A stretch of DNA of 64,000 nt from Raillietiella orientalis (lineage: Eukaryota): positions 10,168,001-10,232,000 of the forward strand of contig JAYWIR010000001.1 of NCBI GenBank assembly GCA_036172245.1, in the 5' to 3' direction. The translations under genes and the position numbers were made by a program. Below the pieces are notes generated by a model. It saw only the letters and a list, made by a program, of their open reading frames with translations, was not told the DNA's origin and ran no database searches. Shown here piece by piece: positions 11,700-22,389 of this stretch (its first letter is position 1; each line of letters opens with the position of its first letter).

Positions 11700-13250
11700 C
11701 ATTTATTGCAACGGCCGCTGATGCTACTGGAGGCCGTGCTTCTGTTCCCTCCGTATGCTGGATAAGAAGGCACGTCCAGCGTATCAATTTGTGCGCTGAA
11801 ACCACCCGTCATGCCCGCAGCGAACCAGCGCTTGCAGAGTTTCGTCATCCGGAAGAGTCTGTCATCGATGCTTGAACGGGAGCCCTGGCAACCGTGGAGC
11901 AGAGAAGAAGGGTGCGTGTGCACCCCATTTCTCGTGCTTGACCGAGTGCTGCGCCGTCAGGGTTCGGAAAAGGGAGCTGTACCTGTCTGGATCCACGGAT
12001 AGCGTGTTTACTCGGAGGAATGACCTCCGCTAGACGCGTGTAGAGTAAGGAGTACGCGCCCCGAACGCATTCCAGGAAATGGGTAGTACCGGCGTACATT
12101 CGGGATACGAGCATCCATCAAACGTCCCGCGCTTGGGTATCTCCTTCTAGGGCTTCCAAGAAAACTCTGAAGATGGACTCCCTTGGCGACGAAGCGCATC
12201 CCTGGACGTACTTTCACGACATGCTACTGGAGGAAAGGCAGGAGCTGCCAGAGAACACTGCACGGTTGCGAAGGAGCCATTGAGCGCCGATTCACCCTGC
12301 CATCTGGACCCAATCTGAGAACTGCGTTCTAGTTTTGCGACCAGCGTGCAGATGGCAAATAAGTCCATGACCTGTTCGCGGTCAGCGGCCTGCCCCAAAA
12401 TTCAAATTTCCGCTGGATAAGACCAGGGGCTAATTCAGGGCTTACCGTCCGCTCTCTAAAGGTACTTTTGAAGAATTGCGGTCTGCTTCCCGGGAAAACT
12501 TGAAGTGCAATCGCTATGTGACGCGCGAGTGGCAAGTTGTGCTCGAAGATCACGGCACCCATCATAGCAAGTACAACTCCGCGATGTTCCCCTCTTCCCT
12601 CCCTGTTCGGTCTCACGGTTGCTGCAGATACCGAAAGTGAGGAAAACCTCGGTTCTGCGTGGATGAGATGTGCCATGCCAAGACGCTGCTACTCTTACAA
12701 AGGAACAACAGCCAGGCCAGGAACGAAGGTCCGATCACTTCGGAGCTACCCAGCCCCAAGAAACAGGCAAACGTTTCACCGGGCAGCACATCACCTGGCT
12801 AGAGGTAACCATAGAGACAGCATTAAGAGTGGCGGCAGTCGAAGAGAACAACGAGAAAACCTTTACCCCGCCACCCTGAATCCACACAAACAATGAACCG
12901 CTGTGAATTGTGGATGCTCTTCGCCGAGAAGCCAAGCATTTTCTCGAAGATCAACGAACAAGACGTGCCTTCGTAATTAGGGGCCACTATCGGGACAAAG
13001 TCCTAAGCCGTAGTGATCTTCGTCAGGAAGAGAAAGGAAACGTGGTCGGGTGGACCACGACCAACGTGTGCAACGTCACCCCTCCAGGCACGGAAAACAT
13101 CAGCAGCAACAGGAAAGACTCCACATCGGGTGACAAGACTCGGTGGGAAGACACGGTGATCAGGAGGGACACCCGCATGAAGGCAACTGAATGAGAAGAA
13201 GCGAAAAGTGATCCCCAGCACCACTTTTCGCTTTTCACAAACAGACGTGA
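11700..13250 (+). mobile_element. Degenerate RT and post-RT region of L1-like LINE
   Basis: 'QSFVIRKS...REEGCVCTPFLVLDRVL' (like F.I..GVRQGC..SP.LF) in ORF 11811..12002 and 'LGISF' at ~12133. Confidence 0.45.
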
Positions 13251-13339
13251 AGCGTCAGGTTCCTGCCATCAATGAGGGAACTTTGGTTCACATGCTGTAA
13301 AGCACCCGCATCCAGAGGCCAGAGCTTCGAAGTGATGGA

Positions 13340-13500
13340 CAGCTTTTCTCCACTGGAATGTTAAAGGAGCTCGTCCCAGGAACCCGAAGCTGCATCAGAT
13401 GCCAGCGTGGCCCGTCAGCTACAATCTGTGCAAGATCTGGGAAGCCGGAGGACAAGTGGCACTCTTACATCAGGGCACCAGGGACAAAGTGGTAAGCAGA
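13340..13500 (+). mobile_element. N-terminus of an APE endonuclease (LINE fragment)
   Basis: 'LHWNVKGARPRNPKL' matches the WN.xG motif that starts retrotransposon APE domains. Confidence 0.4.
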
Positions 13501-13699
13501 AGACGGTCCACCCTTCCTCTCCCTTTGTTTGCCTTGCTCCTTTCTTCCCCTTTGACTTCCCATCCTCCTTGCACACTAAAGACAAATTTTGTCCGATGAA
13601 GGCATCGAAAGAAACGGTCCAAAGGACCTTACTGAAAGTTACGCTAATACTCACTGCCGCTGTTGAATTGTCCTAAGGGATCGCTCGTTCAGTAAGCTC

Positions 13700-14300
13700 A
13701 TCCCGCCTCTCGTGGGGCTGCACCCCTTTCCCTTTCCGTCCCGGTAACTGTGTCCATTGGAAAAAGTCGGAGTGGCATCCTGGAACGTCTATGAGAAAAA
13801 GGATCCGCAGAAGAGGAGGCAGCTGGCGTGGCTTCTATTCCGAGAAGCCATGAGCTGACCTCTTTTTCTGACTCGGAGCGAGAGCTTGTGCGCCATCTGC
13901 GGAGGAGGAGATGCACGTGGATCAGAGTCCAGAGACGCCGTAAAAGACTCCCTTAGGACGCCACCTTTCTCGCCGTCCGTCCTGAAAGTCCTCCGCCCAC
14001 GGGGAAGCGGCGTTCCAGATGCCAGGGATGTAGTGACCCGGAATCTACCGGTTTTCGTGGTACGGGAGCCACCCACGAACAGGAAAACCCTCGTGTTGGC
14101 ACTCAAGAATTCTGCAGGGCAGAGCCGTGGTCATGCTGACGGGTAACCTTAGCATGGATCTTAGCCGGCGGCGTTCCCACGAGGGGTGCAGGGCGGCCGA
14201 CACCTGCCATCGACTGGAGTAAAACATCGACCTCTCCTGAACGAAAGCGAGTCTCGCGCCCATCCTTACATACGCGGACCGTCGAGAATCGCATCTAGGG
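13700..14300 (-). mobile_element. Possible LINE ORF1 remnant
   Basis: 'TKTGRFRVTTSLASGTPLP' (ORF 13789..14106) resembles the TG.R.V...IP motif that precedes the ORF1 knuckle. Confidence 0.3.
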
Positions 14301-14399
14301 GCTTTATGAGATCTCAATCTCTCAGACCACCCTCTCCCCCCCCCCCTTTCCTTGTTGAAGATTCGGGCGCTAGCTGGAAATCCGAGGAGAGAGTCCAGG

Positions 14400-14700
14400 A
14401 CATCGCGTGCCCGGGTGGTACCAGTGTTACCCACCAACCCTACGCGTCGTGGAGACCATCTTCGCCACGTTGGACATCTGCCGCATCGAGTGCCGGGATC
14501 GCTTCAAACATGCAGTCCGTGTCTTCTCGAACAAGCAATCTGGCAACAGTAAACTGAGAGAAGAAGTGCACCTGGTGGTCCACCACTGCCTTCCCATGTC
14601 TGTCGTTCCGTGCACTGGTAGCAGTGCCGAAGGAGATACTTGGATAAGAGCGTAAAGAAGACATCAAGATCGCAGGAAAACAAAAACCGGCAGACGGACG
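14400..14700 (+). mobile_element. LINE ORF2 pre-zinc-finger fragment
   Basis: 'RVFSNKQSGNSKLREEVHLVVHHCLP' (ORF 14407..14655) parallels 'LLVVHRTIP' at 7452. Confidence 0.4.
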
Positions 14701-15149
14701 TCTCTTGCATGGAATGAGAACACTGGGACTTCTGGACCTCGGAGTAGACTCTGGAGACCTTCCACTACTGCTACACCGGGCTCTTCCTGGTGCAGCAACC
14801 GGAAGACGAGGCCCCGGAGCGAATCCCCTGCTGCTCCTGAGCGCCCAAGGGCAAGATCGAATGTGAGAAAATCCCACCGCAAGGGCGTGGCTGCAAGGCT
14901 TTGTAGCGTGCTTTTTGCCCAAGTCGGCATCACCCGCCGGTCAACCTGCATCTTCTGAAACGTTTTTTTCGATTCGAGTGGCAGGAAGGACAGATGCTCT
15001 CTTCTTTCAATCGGGGCAGGATGCAAGGGGACGTCCATCCATGCACAGTGGGAGGAGAACACCCGAGCGAATCGCTCGAAGCGACGCCCTGGCTGAATGA
15101 CTTCTTTCCTGCAGGCGTTCCCGAGCGTCGAAAGAGTTGCACGACTCGG

Positions 15150-15625
15150 TTGACCACACGATGCTGCTCGGGATAAACGGAAACATGGGCTTCCCGGACA
15201 GGTGACGCACGACCACACCCCAAGGAGCTGCGCTCAGCATCAGGATCAACGACTCGGCATCGCCTCATGTCCACGTGGAAAGCGCCTTTGTCATCAGCAT
15301 GGACGCGTCATCGTCTTGTTTGAAGAGGACGGGTCACACAGTGGACGGGAAGACCACCTCATTCACCCCACCTACGCTGACCACCTGCTTGTCGTCGTGC
15401 AAACGAGCGTGACCGGGAGGCGTTCCTGGAAATCGCAGAGACGAAGCAACCAGGACTGGGAAGTGGGGGCCAGAGCTCCGGAATGCTAGCCAATCACCGT
15501 CGTCGTCCTGGACATCAAGGTCCGGTACTCCCCCGCTCACACATGGGCGAAGATCGATGATCGGAAAGCGGAGTTGCAGCAGCGGTTGCTGCCCTCCTTT
15601 TGCAACAGTCGCTCTCTCCAGGAGA
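15150..15625 (-). mobile_element. Possible APE endonuclease remnant next to the GAT-rich tract
   Basis: '...RLHDDKQVVSVGGVNEV' (GDFN-like, ORF 15334..15540); same position relative to the tract as 17880-18400. Confidence 0.3.
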
Positions 15626-15639
15626 AAGGTCTTGACTGG

Positions 15640-15965
15640 ACGGTGACGCCGACTCCGACGATGATGATGCCTGTCATGACTGCAGCTGAAGACGATGTTG
15701 CTGATCTGCTGATAACGCCAATTCCGTCAGCGCTGATAATGATGATATGACCGTGAAGACTACGCCGTTGATGATTCAACTAAAGGTGACACTGTTGATG
15801 ATGCTGGCTGCCAGAACTTCACTGATCTAATGATGGTGATGTCAACGATGACTATGACTGTCGCGGCGCTGCTGTTGCTGATTATGTCACTGATCTGCTG
15901 AGGACGCCGATTCTGGAAGCGTTGATGATGACGATAGTCATGAAGGCCACGCCGTTTATGACTTG
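15640..15965. repeat. Degenerate GAT/GAC/GCT triplet minisatellite, copy 1
   Basis: Visible 3-nt periodicity; subunits ccgtgaagactacgccgttgatgatt (15751) and gtcatgaaggccacgccgtttatgact (15938) recur in 18625-19290. Confidence 0.85.
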
Positions 15966-15999
15966 GTGGAAGGAAATAGTCATCCTGCATCCTCCGAGG

Positions 16000-17191
16000 A
16001 GAGCTTGTGCAGAAGAACCGCCTTTGCCGCAACGCTGCCCTCCTTGGGGGAGCATCCTGGAAGCGACCTACCTCCAGGGAGGGAGGTCTCATACGAGACT
16101 ACTTTAGAAGAAAGAATGCAGGTGGTTATACCTCGGACCAGCTGGCTGACCCTGCCACACCGGACTTTTGCTCTGGAGAGTGCTTCTGGAGAATTCCCCG
16201 TGAAGATCTCGAGTGACCCCCAGCGCTACTTCCGCTCAAGTGGCGAGAGTCGGTGCTGCTTCTGCCTCTAGTAGAGCCTCCAGTGCAAGGTCCGTTGACC
16301 TCACTGGACCCGGGAGAGAAGAGGGGGGTGGATCCAAACTTTAGAGGGTGTGGGGAACACGAATCCCTCTCGCACTTGCAGGTGGGCCTGTCTTGCCCTG
16401 CAGCTCGCTGAAGGAACACTTCTAGGCGACGACCCTCCGGAAACCGCGTAGCAGCTCCAGGAGCTCCCGAGATGTCTCACTCTGCGCGGCGCATTGCTGC
16501 AGACCGCACCACCAGCAGGTCTTTCGGGATTAGCGGCGGCCCGAAGCAACGCCAGAGGAGGAGGAAGAGAAAAGGATGCCGTGCGCTTCACCCTTCGCTC
16601 TTTGCGAAGGGCAACGAGATGGCCCTACCTGGAGAAAACTGGTGAAGCACTTGCCGGCATCCTCGAGATACAGAGGACCCTCCCCAGAGGACTATGACAC
16701 TTTTCCGTGCCATCATTTCGGTCCGACAGGAGCTGATGATCAAAGGGCAGCAAAAGAAGACATCAGGAAGGCAGCCATCTACATCGGGGTGGCCGTCCGG
16801 TGGCCTTATCTGACAGAAGAGGCCAAAGAGATCACTGACATCCACCGCCGTTTACAGACGGTTTGAAACGGCGAACCCGGTGATCCTTGCCCCCTCCCTC
16901 CCTATATTTATTTATCTTTATTCTGAACCCTCGTTCCCTTAGGCTTCGTAACTTTCCCAGTGCTTTTTGTTTTTTACCTCGCTAAAAACAGTGCCTCATC
17001 AAAGACCCGTACCCCTTCCCTCCCGTTTTGTTTTTGCTTTTTGTTGTTGTTCCTTTGTCCCCCTCCGTTTGGAACTGTCCGTTTTCCCGGCCTGCTTTCC
17101 GGTGGCCTCTCTCTTTCTTCTGTTGTGTTGGCTGGGGACTTTGTGCCCGACTGCTTCATTTAATAACTCCCCGGCGTGATCTGGTGATAAA
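16000..17191 (+). mobile_element. L1/Tx1-like LINE 3' end(s), with two C-terminal motifs in tandem
   Basis: 'RRATRWPYLEKTGEALAGIL' (~16605-16665) followed by 'VAVRWPYLTEEAKEITDIHRRL' (~16790-16855); T-rich UTR; terminal taataactccccggcgtgatctggtgataa at 17161-17190. Confidence 0.7.
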
Positions 17192-17299
17192 CTTTTCCGT
17201 GCCTTTCAAAACTGATTCCTTCCTGTCCCTGTTTTTCTTTTTTTTTTTGTTTCCTCCCTTCCTCTTTGCTGTCGACGCCACTCACGCTGGTCTGCACGC

Positions 17300-17610
17300 C
17301 AGATTCCTGGCAGGTTCCAAACTGTCTGGACGTGGCAGCGCAAGTGGACCCACCATCTTGGCATTATTAATTGTTTCGACGATTGAACGTCTCGGGGAAC
17401 CCGGGTGGAAGATGAGCCTCCTAAGGGATCAGGCATTGCAGACGCCCGCAAACATCCAGGAGTCCATACAGGTGATGCCAGAACATTTCCGGCGTTCCAG
17501 TGGAAGGACGCGCAGGCGGAGGTGGGAAAGAGAAGCCAGGAATGCCAAGGGGCGAACTTCGCGGAATAGAGGATCAGCACTTCCTGGAACGGGATGCCGG
17601 CACGCAGACT
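17300..17610 (+). mobile_element. LINE ORF1 zinc-knuckle region remnant
   Basis: 'NISGVPVEG...PGMPRGELRGIEDQHFLERD' parallels 'KVSGEQVDLYYVGISK' at ~2790. Confidence 0.35.
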
Positions 17611-17613
17611 GTT

Positions 17614-17800
17614 GTTTATCGCCTGGTTGCGGTGTTCTTTTTCCAGAAAAACCGAACAAACCATCTGGGAACCAAAGGGAAAAGAGGCTCAAGGGGAGAG
17701 CTGACCGACGAGCAGGTCGGGCACATCGAAAGTCCGGAACAGAAGGGAAAGGGCCATAAACAGATACTAAAAAAATACAAGAAAAGATAGAAAACACAGA
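17614..17800 (-). mobile_element. LINE 3' UTR fragment
   Basis: gcaggtcgggcacatcgaaagtccg (17712) matches gcaggtcgggcatactgaaagtccg (3330); hairpin-like terminus at 17614-17642. Confidence 0.7.
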
Positions 17801-17879
17801 AGTGTTCAATCACAAGGGAGGAACCACAAGTTCTTCGGGGAGAACACGCAACAATTGGCCCCACCAAGGAGTTACCTCG

Positions 17880-19850
17880 GCACAGTCATGAGGAGTGGTG
17901 GCATCTACCTGCTCGCTCGTCTTCCAGCCGCCCAATGGCCTGTTTTCTGAGGCTGTTGTTCTCCGTGGCCTCCTCCAGCCTCCCGAAGGTGATGGCGAAG
18001 AGCTCGGTCAGCTCCCTGAGGATGGAAAGGAAGGAAACTATGGGTGAAGATGGCGTCGTCGTACCGTCCGCGCCGGAAGGGAGGCGTCCACATGTGCGGC
18101 GCCGCGGTCCTGGAGTGCTATCGAGAGCGTCATCGGGCACATCCGCTTCCGGGAAGACCGACCGCATGTGCTGCAGAGAGCCCACGCGAGGTGTCTCAGC
18201 GGGACGGCCCAGCTCGTCGATGACTCAAACGAAAGGCGAAGGGGTGGCTCGCGGCGGAGTCCTCGCGGGGCTTTCCAGGAAGGCCAGTGCTCGCTCGCGG
18301 GCGACTGAGGACGGAGCACGCGCTCGAGGAGCCTCGCCTTGAGCGGAAGAGGCCGCCTCCCTCTACAGGCTCTTTCGAGGCGGTGCTCCCGTAACTTCAT
18401 GGAGTCCAAGAAAAGGGGAGGTTTGGAAGAAACTTTGCCGAGAGAAGGCACCACCTCCTGAAGCAGGAAGGGAGGAAACGCCTTCCTGCTCCATAACTAG
18501 GAGGAATGGAGGTTTAGTGAGGGGGAGGAAACCCATCCCCCTCTTGTGGGTGGAAATGGTTGGGGGCCACTGGAGGAAGCAGCCAGCGTGCTGTGCTGTG
18601 ACGTGTGCCTCCATCAGGGTGTGCGAATGATGGCCATGGTAAGGTTGGCGAAGTCATCACCACGGCGACGACACTGATGATGAGAGCCATCACAGCCATG
18701 GCGCTGACGCAGCCAACGCCATGCTAATGGAGACGATGACAGTAGTCACCAAGACCACGCTGTTGACGACGCGGATGATGACGCTGAAAGCACTGACTGT
18801 TACGCTGTCACTGACTTACTGATGCCATCACGGCAACGATGACGACGATTGTCATGACGCTGCTCGTGATGACAATATTACTGATCTGAAGATGACGATG
18901 GCGACGATGACGATGACTGAAATGACTCGCTGATGATGATGACGATTCTGTGGCAACTGATGATGATGGCGATCATCAAGACCACGCCGTTGATAACTCG
19001 CACCAATGAGATGATGATGATGATGATGATGATGATAACTGTCACAACGCTGCAGCTGACGACGGTCATCATGGCAACGCTGATGATGACGACGGTCATG
19101 AAGACCATGCCGTTGATGACTCGGACTAAGGCAATGCTGATGATGACGCTGACTGCCACGACGCTGCGGCTGATTGCTACTCTGAGAATGACGTTGACGC
19201 TGACGACGGGAGTGACGACGACGACGACGACTGTGGCGATGCGGCTGTTGATGGGCGTCCGAGTGGAAAGATCTGCGCTGCTGATGACCCGCGCTTTTCG
19301 GTTGATATTCCGCGTCCAAGCTCCTGGCGCCTGAAAGCTCCTTTCCCTGCCTTCTGATGGGGGAGACCTCGGGAAGGTCGAGCGGAAGACTCTCCCTCCC
19401 CTCCCCCTCGCAGACCCTCCCTATATCTTCCCGTGTGACATGCCGCCGTGTGCACCTTGAGAGGGTTCCCCCTGCCCGCGCGCTTCCCGGTTACGTCGAT
19501 CGTATCGTTCCCTTCCGCGAGGCGCAAGGGGAGTGCGCTGGCTTTCACTACCTTCCTGCCAGCTGGCAAGCAAATCGTCCAGCAGCTCAGTCGAAGGCGC
19601 AGAGTCGGCCACTGGGGGGTAAAGTCTGTTGGGGGTCGGGAGCACTTGACCCGCTGAAGGGTGCGAGACGAGGATGGGGGAGGGGAGTGCTGGGCAGTGG
19701 AAGAAGGAGGAGGAGGCAGCTTCCCGGCTGTCTCCGCACGAAGGGAGCGCCGTCATCGCGAGTCCTCTAGGAATTCCCTGCTGCTCGTGGCTTTCCCGCT
19801 CCATCCCGCTTGCAAATTGGATTACCGGTATTCCGTGTCTCCTACATCTG
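17880..19850 (-). mobile_element. GC-rich remnant, probably the 5' half of a LINE (ORF1, low-complexity tract, endonuclease start)
   Basis: ORF 19177..19569 'LPLRLAEGNDTIDV..GNPLKVHTAACHTG' is knuckle-like; 'RVGSLQHM' near 18185 is weakly GDFN-like. Confidence 0.3.
18625..19290. repeat. Degenerate GAT/GAC triplet minisatellite, copy 2, containing perfect (GAT)9
   Basis: (GAT)9 at 19010-19036; subunit aagacca(c/t)gc(c/t)gttga at ~18751, ~18978 and ~19102. Confidence 0.9.
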
Positions 19851-20339
19851 GGGGAATCGAAAGAAAACCGAGATAAAGGAATAAAAAAAAAAAAAAAACA
19901 GACAACTGCATGAATCTGTTGCTATTAGCGAAGTATCCATGCGTATCCATCTAAATTACTTTAATTAGATCCTAACAGAAGCGTAGGCAGAGCGTTTGGC
20001 AGCAGTAGCAGCAGCGCCGAAGGATCGTGGCCGGCCACGTTTCCCTTTCCCTCTGCTTTCGCTCTTCCGCAGCTCCTTGGCAACCCACCTCACGCGGAAA
20101 CCGCGCACGTGCGGGAGAGCTCGAGATTCCCCGCCCTGTACTCTCTCCTTCCCTCTTCCCTCTGCTCTTCTCCGCACCTCCGATCTGCCGAGCCGCCGAA
20201 GGTTCCTCCCGAGGGAGGCGCCGATCAGCGGCGGCTTCCACTGCTCCCGCGGCCTAACGGCGTTCCCCGCCGGCGCGTAGGCGAAGACTTTCGATCCCTG
20301 GGTAGCGAGTCGCTCCCAAAGACGACCGCCATCCGCGCG

Positions 20340-21480
20340 CGCGTGGCGTAAGGAGTGCCACTCGGGAGGGAAGAATGCAGGGCGTGGCCTTTTCTCCCTT
20401 CGGCGCCACCATCATAATCCACCCCGTCCTCCTCCTCCCCGGTGTGCAGGCGACCTGGAGTGGAAGGAGAGAATGGCGGAGCGGAGCAGCTTGGCTCGGG
20501 AATTTCATGGATCTCTTCAACAGCTGGTGGCGGCACCATCGAGAGGGGAGCTGCGCGGTACGGAGGCGTCGTCTCGATAACGACTGACGGCTGGAGCCAC
20601 CCACGCGCCGCCGTGGCCTTGCCGCTCGCTCCCAATGCGCGTGGAGAGGATGGGCCCTCCGACCTCTTGAGGGCTTTCATCGGAGAGTGGGGTGAGGTGC
20701 GGCCTGCGCGGCGTTGTTGCACCTACAACTCGCAGCCGTCGTGACCGGGGGCGCGAGTTCGAAAAAAAAAGAAGAAAAACAACAGAGTAGGATTGCTGGA
20801 TCGCGAATGATGTGCGGTTCTTACGCGTAATCCCACTGATTAGCTTTTTAACTATTCATGTGGCTCGGAGGTTTCCTTGGCAGCGGAGGATACCTCCGAA
20901 CGTATAAACCATGTGTGGGATGTTTGATCGAGTGGGACGCTTCAGGGAAATCGATGCCTCCCTTCCAGTTCTCTCGGGAGGCCACGCGAGACCGCGCTGA
21001 ACGGCGTTCTCCGTCCGGGTGGGAGGAAATCACAGAGTGCCGCCGGAAGCGATCGAAGGGGAGGGGAAGTTCCCAGCAGCGTAGGCACTCGTGGGTCTTT
21101 CCTGCAGGTTCCCTGCTTAGCTCGTCTTCCCCGATTCAGTTCCCGACTTCACTTCCTCCTCATCCCGGTCGTGCCCGTTCATCCGTTTGGAAGGAAGACG
21201 TGGCATGAGGTCAAGAAAGGGCAAACGTCATTGAGCCGTCGTTGCGGGTCGAGAAGATTTGAGCCTCACTAGGAGCATCCAAGGAGCGAACGAGCAGGTG
21301 GGAAGTAGAACGGACGGTTTCCAAGAGTGCGCACCCTTCAGCAGATCACTCCGATCCACTTTGGTCGCCTATATGCTTCCACACGTATGACGTGTTTGAA
21401 GATGTATCCAGGGACCTTCTGCTGCCTATTCGTTACTGCCTGCAATCCACGCTTCAGCAAGGGTAGCTCCTAGCGGAGTG
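20340..21480 (+). mobile_element. Jockey/I-group-like LINE remnant (APE and linker)
   Basis: 'GVAF', 'LGNFMDLFNSWW..HREG' (GDFN..H..WG..RG), 'LDND..EPPT', 'SDLL', then 'IEWDA' and 'PSGWEEITECRRKR' (PWW.E-like). Confidence 0.5.
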
Positions 21481-21494
21481 TCGAAATATCAAGT

Positions 21495-21835
21495 CGGAGG
21501 GAGGGTGTGGCCGACATGTCGGAGAGCTCCTTGCAATCGCCATCTCCTGCAGGCAGAATGGATCAGTCCAGGATGAGATGTGCAAGGGACAATTATGGGC
21601 AGACGAACCCGACACCCCTGCGAACGCTCCCCTTTCCTTCCGTTCCTTCCCTGCCCAGCGCAGACCCAGGGGAATCACGTTCAGAGCCAGTCAAGAATCT
21701 GCATCCCTTTCCCCTCTTCTTTTACTGGCCCCTTCCTGGTTCTGCCCCCAGCAAGGGTGCTCACCTTTTCTTTTCGGTTCTCCTCCAGCTGCATGAACTT
21801 CATTTATTTACGTCGAGTAAGTGGTTCGGAAATCG
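21495..21835. repeat. Interspersed ~340 bp repeat, copy 1
   Basis: Colinear with 51002-51330; both translate '..CK..LWADEPDTPANAPLSFR'. Confidence 0.9.
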
Positions 21836-22389
21836 GGGGTGAAGAAGCCACTCAAATGGGACAGGCGCTCATCGAAAATGTCAGCCGACTTGACACTGAG
21901 CTACCGCAAGAGTAAAAGGGTGCTACAGAACGTGCACTTGGGGTCCCGGAGAAAAGGCCTGGGATGACAGAGAAGGGTAGGAAGCAATGGATAAGAAAGA
22001 AGGATAAGAGGAAGAAATCTTGGTTTTGCGCTCCTTCTGAACTTCCGTTCTCGTGCGTTTGCTAATGACGACCAGCCCTGCTGTGGGATTGGGAGAAGGA
22101 GCCACCTTCCTACCTCCCTCTGCAGCGTGGGAGGACGCTGGAGTAGCCCGCTCACAAGACGAGCTGCCTTAATGCCGCGAGTGCAGCGGCCCAGGACGAC
22201 GACTTACATCTTTTCTGAGCATCCGTCTCGGAAGCAGAAACGCTGTGCGAGTTCTTTGCTGGATTTGTCCGGGAGGAGGAAGGGAGGAGGGGAGGGAAGG
22301 AGACGGATGCTTCCATGCCTCGCTGGTCCTAACGAAAGGAACTACGGTTTAGAGAACAGTCTCCATGCAGTCCTCCTCCTTAGTCCGCC

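Noticed and set aside
18625-19290. CRISPR array
   Set aside because: Subunits are degenerate and irregularly spaced with low-complexity intervals; no cas-like ORFs; eukaryotic context.
18852-19334. Poly-His or poly-Met proteins
   Set aside because: Open frames are the expected by-product of GAT/ATC triplet repeats; no independent coding evidence.
21505-21600. HDV-like or hammerhead ribozyme (starts ggccgacatg)
   Set aside because: Could not build the nested pseudoknot or find a CUGAUGA/GAAA core conserved in both copies.
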